From Parasitella parasitica NRRL 2501 (taxonomy: Eukaryota; Fungi; Mucoromycota), in the NCBI GenBank assembly GCA_025201805.1, contig MU619342.1, positions 44,376-108,375 of the forward strand: DNA of 64,000 nt, written 5' to 3'. The notes under the pieces are model-generated. The model saw nothing but the letters and a program-made list of their open reading frames with translations. It made no database searches and had not been told where the DNA came from. The stretch's first letter is position 1. Each line of letters opens with the position of its first letter. This document shows, piece by piece, positions 61,039-64,000 of this stretch. The translations under genes and the position numbers were made by a program.

Positions 61039-64000
61039 AAGACCATTTCTGAAATATGAAAAGATGCTTTGAAAGCCTAATATAACTATTACTATGGTTT
61101 GATGCAGAATTTAAAGGCTGAAAAAAAGCATTTAGCAAATGCAATAGTATAATTATTACTCCTTGAGAAATTAAGCAATGATAGTTTGGGATATGCGCAA
61201 GTTTCAATGGAAACATATTTCTGAGCTTAAATTTACCACTGCGAATACACCCCTTTAACAGTGACACATCTCCTATTTCAATTGAGGAGCAAAGCATGAA
61301 ACCCATAACCGATCTGGTTATATTTTGATATGAATCGATAGCCAAGATGCTGTGAAATATGACTTCATCAAAAGCTATTTTTATGTAGTTTTATGATTTG
61401 GTTAAAATAAATCCCGCCTAACCATGACCATCACCTTTTCCCCTGCTTAAAAGCATAATTAACAATCACTGATATCTTTACAAACTAATAACCGATAGAG
61501 ACACAACCTTCAGCCAATATATTCATTTTTTAGAGCATTTTACAACATACCCGAGTTTCATACACCTCTGGCCATTTTTCAGATTTTGCTATGTTTGGAC
61601 CCCAAACCTCATATTCAAATTTCAGTTTTCAACTTTGGGTCAACCTTCAGGGTCATTTTTAGGCACGGATTTGGGGTCTAAGCCAAGTATACATCCAGTT
61701 ACTGGTATGATAACTGTAACTCATCACGTCTTCCGATTCTCGATATCTATCTTTGCTGTCGAGATATTACCAAAACTAGATCTTGCAGATTTTGCAGATT
61801 TTACAGCATATGTTCCTATAACAAGTACCAAATTTTGCAATTAAATCATGTTCAAGTTCCTAAGTAAAGTAATAAAGCACGTTTTGATACACCTACTGGT
61901 AATAAACATGTCGTATTCAAGCTCGAATTCGACAAGCTTGAGCCAGTTTTGTCTTTTTACATTAAACTTTGTCCCCCTATTTCTCAACAAACCACTAAGG
62001 TAACTTGGCCTAAGTAATTACTAAAATATTTTCAAAATTTGGTTCTCTCCTAGTTGCATTAGTGTTAGATAGATATGTCGAAAAAAATATTTTTTTAAAT
62101 GTTTTTAGCAGAGGCTTCATTTATTTTTATAAATTTCAGAGAAATGAATAGTGTATAAAGATATATGATATAGCAACACAAAAATAGAGCTACAAAATAG
62201 CTACGGAATGCTTTTTGTTTGGTCAAAAAACACCAATTTCTGAGCGAGAAAATCTCGAAAACGGAATTGATTTTTACCCTTTTCAATGGCTTCATTTTGG
62301 CCCTCTGAACATTGGACCAGAAAATTGTAGATTCGTTTTGGTCGAGACAAGATTTTGATTCTTGGCAGATATAATAAAGCTACAGCAGTAAAAAATATAT
62401 TGGTGTGTAGGTATTAACATGATGATCCTTTTGGTCAAGTTTATAGAGCTAGGAGTGCTCAAAATATGTTCGATTATACTCCAAGCAGCTACTGAGGTAT
62501 TTGCTATATAAAAGAAAAGCGCGTCAGTAAAATAAATTTTGTTGACGACAATAACAAATAACCACCTACATTGATTGTGAAAAGAGATGATACACTANNN
62601 NNNNNNNNNNNNNNNNNNNNNNNNNNNNNNNNNNNNNNNNNNNNNNNNNNNNNNNNNNNNNNNNNNNNNNNNNNNNNNNNNNNNNNNNNNNNNNNNNNNN
62701 NNNNNNNNNNNNNNNNNNNNNNNNNNNNNNNNNNNNNNNNNNNNNNNNNNNNNNNNNNNNNNNNNNNNNNNNNNNNNNNNNNNNNNNNNNNNNNNNNNNN
62801 NNNNNNNNNNNNNNNNNNNNNNNNNNNNNNNNNNNNNNNNNNNNNNNNNNNNNNNNNNNNNNNNNNNNNNNNNNNNNNNNNNNNNNNNNNNNNNNNNNNN
62901 NNNNNNNNNNNNNNNNNNNNNNNNNNNNNNNNNNNNNNNNNNNNNNNNNNNNNNNNNNNNNNNNNNNNNNNNNNNNNNNNNNNNNNNNNNNNNNNNNNNN
63001 NNNNNNNNNNNNNNNNNNNNNNNNNNNNNNNNNNNNNNNNNNNNNNNNNNNNNNNNNNNNNNNNNNNNNNNNNNNNNNNNNNNNNNNNNNNNNNNNNNNN
63101 NNNNNNNNNNNNNNNNNNNNNNNNNNNNNNNNNNNNNNNNNNNNNNNNNNNNNNNNNNNNNNNNNNNNNNNNNNNNNNNNNNNNNNNNNNNNNNNNNNNN
63201 NNNNNNNNNNNNNNNNNNNNNNNNNNNNNNNNNNNNNNNNNNNNNNNNNNNNNNNNNNNNNNNNNNNNNNNNNNNNNNNNNNNNNNNNNNNNNNNNNNNN
63301 NNNNNNNNNNNNNNNNNNNNNNNNNNNNNNNNNNNNNNNNNNNNNNNNNNNNNNNNNNNNNNNNNNNNNNNNNNNNNNNNNNNNNNNNNNNNNNNNNNNN
63401 NNNNNNNNNNNNNNNNNNNNNNNNNNNNNNNNNNNNNNNNNNNNNNNNNNNNNNNNNNNNNNNNNNNNNNNNNNNNNNNNNNNNNNNNNNNNNNNNNNNN
63501 NNNNNNNNNNNNNNNNNNNNNNNNNNNNNNNNNNNNNNNNNNNNNNNNNNNNNNNNNNNNAAGAGATTTAGTTTTAGTGTATATTAATAAAGCAAAAGAA
63601 GCAAGCCAAAAAGTATTCAATACTACCTTGACATTGACACCCAAACGAAGTAATGCAAAAAATTGATTCCTACATAGTATTATCTTTAGCTACTATTGCC
63701 TATATTCAGCAGTAAAAGAAGTCAGTCATTTAGTTGCTACAAACAATTTAATGCACATAGTAATACCATGCTCTCATATGAAAGATTAAACTAAGCAGCG
63801 CCTCTATATATTATAGACAAAAGGATTAGTAGTTTGTTAGAATATACTCGAATACATACCATGATAATAGCAAAACACAAAATATGTTGCGTATCATTTC
63901 TTCACACAAAGCTATACTGCAAGCTGTTCCTTAATGAAAGAGAAGCTACAATTTCTTATGATGAAACTACAGATACGTGAAGATGTTATTACTCTGTATA

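Overview
Eukaryotic, intron-rich fungal DNA from a draft assembly with N gaps. Gene content and short GT-AG introns point to an early-diverging fungus, probably Mucorales (inference). About 18 host genes are present: a RanBP1-domain gene, THADA/TRM732, RNR1, a KTR mannosyltransferase, a triple-SH3 adaptor, TTC36, SF3B6, an aspartic protease, RPL34, an MFS transporter, a Chs4/Skt5-like gene, an unknown coiled-coil gene, LAMTOR5, MGE1, NRAMP, ArfGAP, EHD and YIPF6. Three accessory zones interrupt them. (1) 23-34 kb: three intronless F-box-like paralogs with gene-conversion-like patches, with a frameshifted, intron-containing Fanzor1 (eukaryotic TnpB-like RNA-guided nuclease) between copies 2 and 3. 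The Fanzor is followed by a structured candidate omegaRNA region ending in a PIF/Harbinger-like terminus. (2) 42-48 kb: a 5.2-kb TA-flanked element with ~1.15-kb inverted arms, each carrying the promoter and 5' part of an inward-facing zinc-finger gene of unknown family; no transposase is recognisable. (3) 57-64 kb: a gene-poor AT-rich tract with a 2.8-kb foldback whose ~1-kb arms are near-identical. Exon structures were assembled by eye, so boundaries are approximate where noted.
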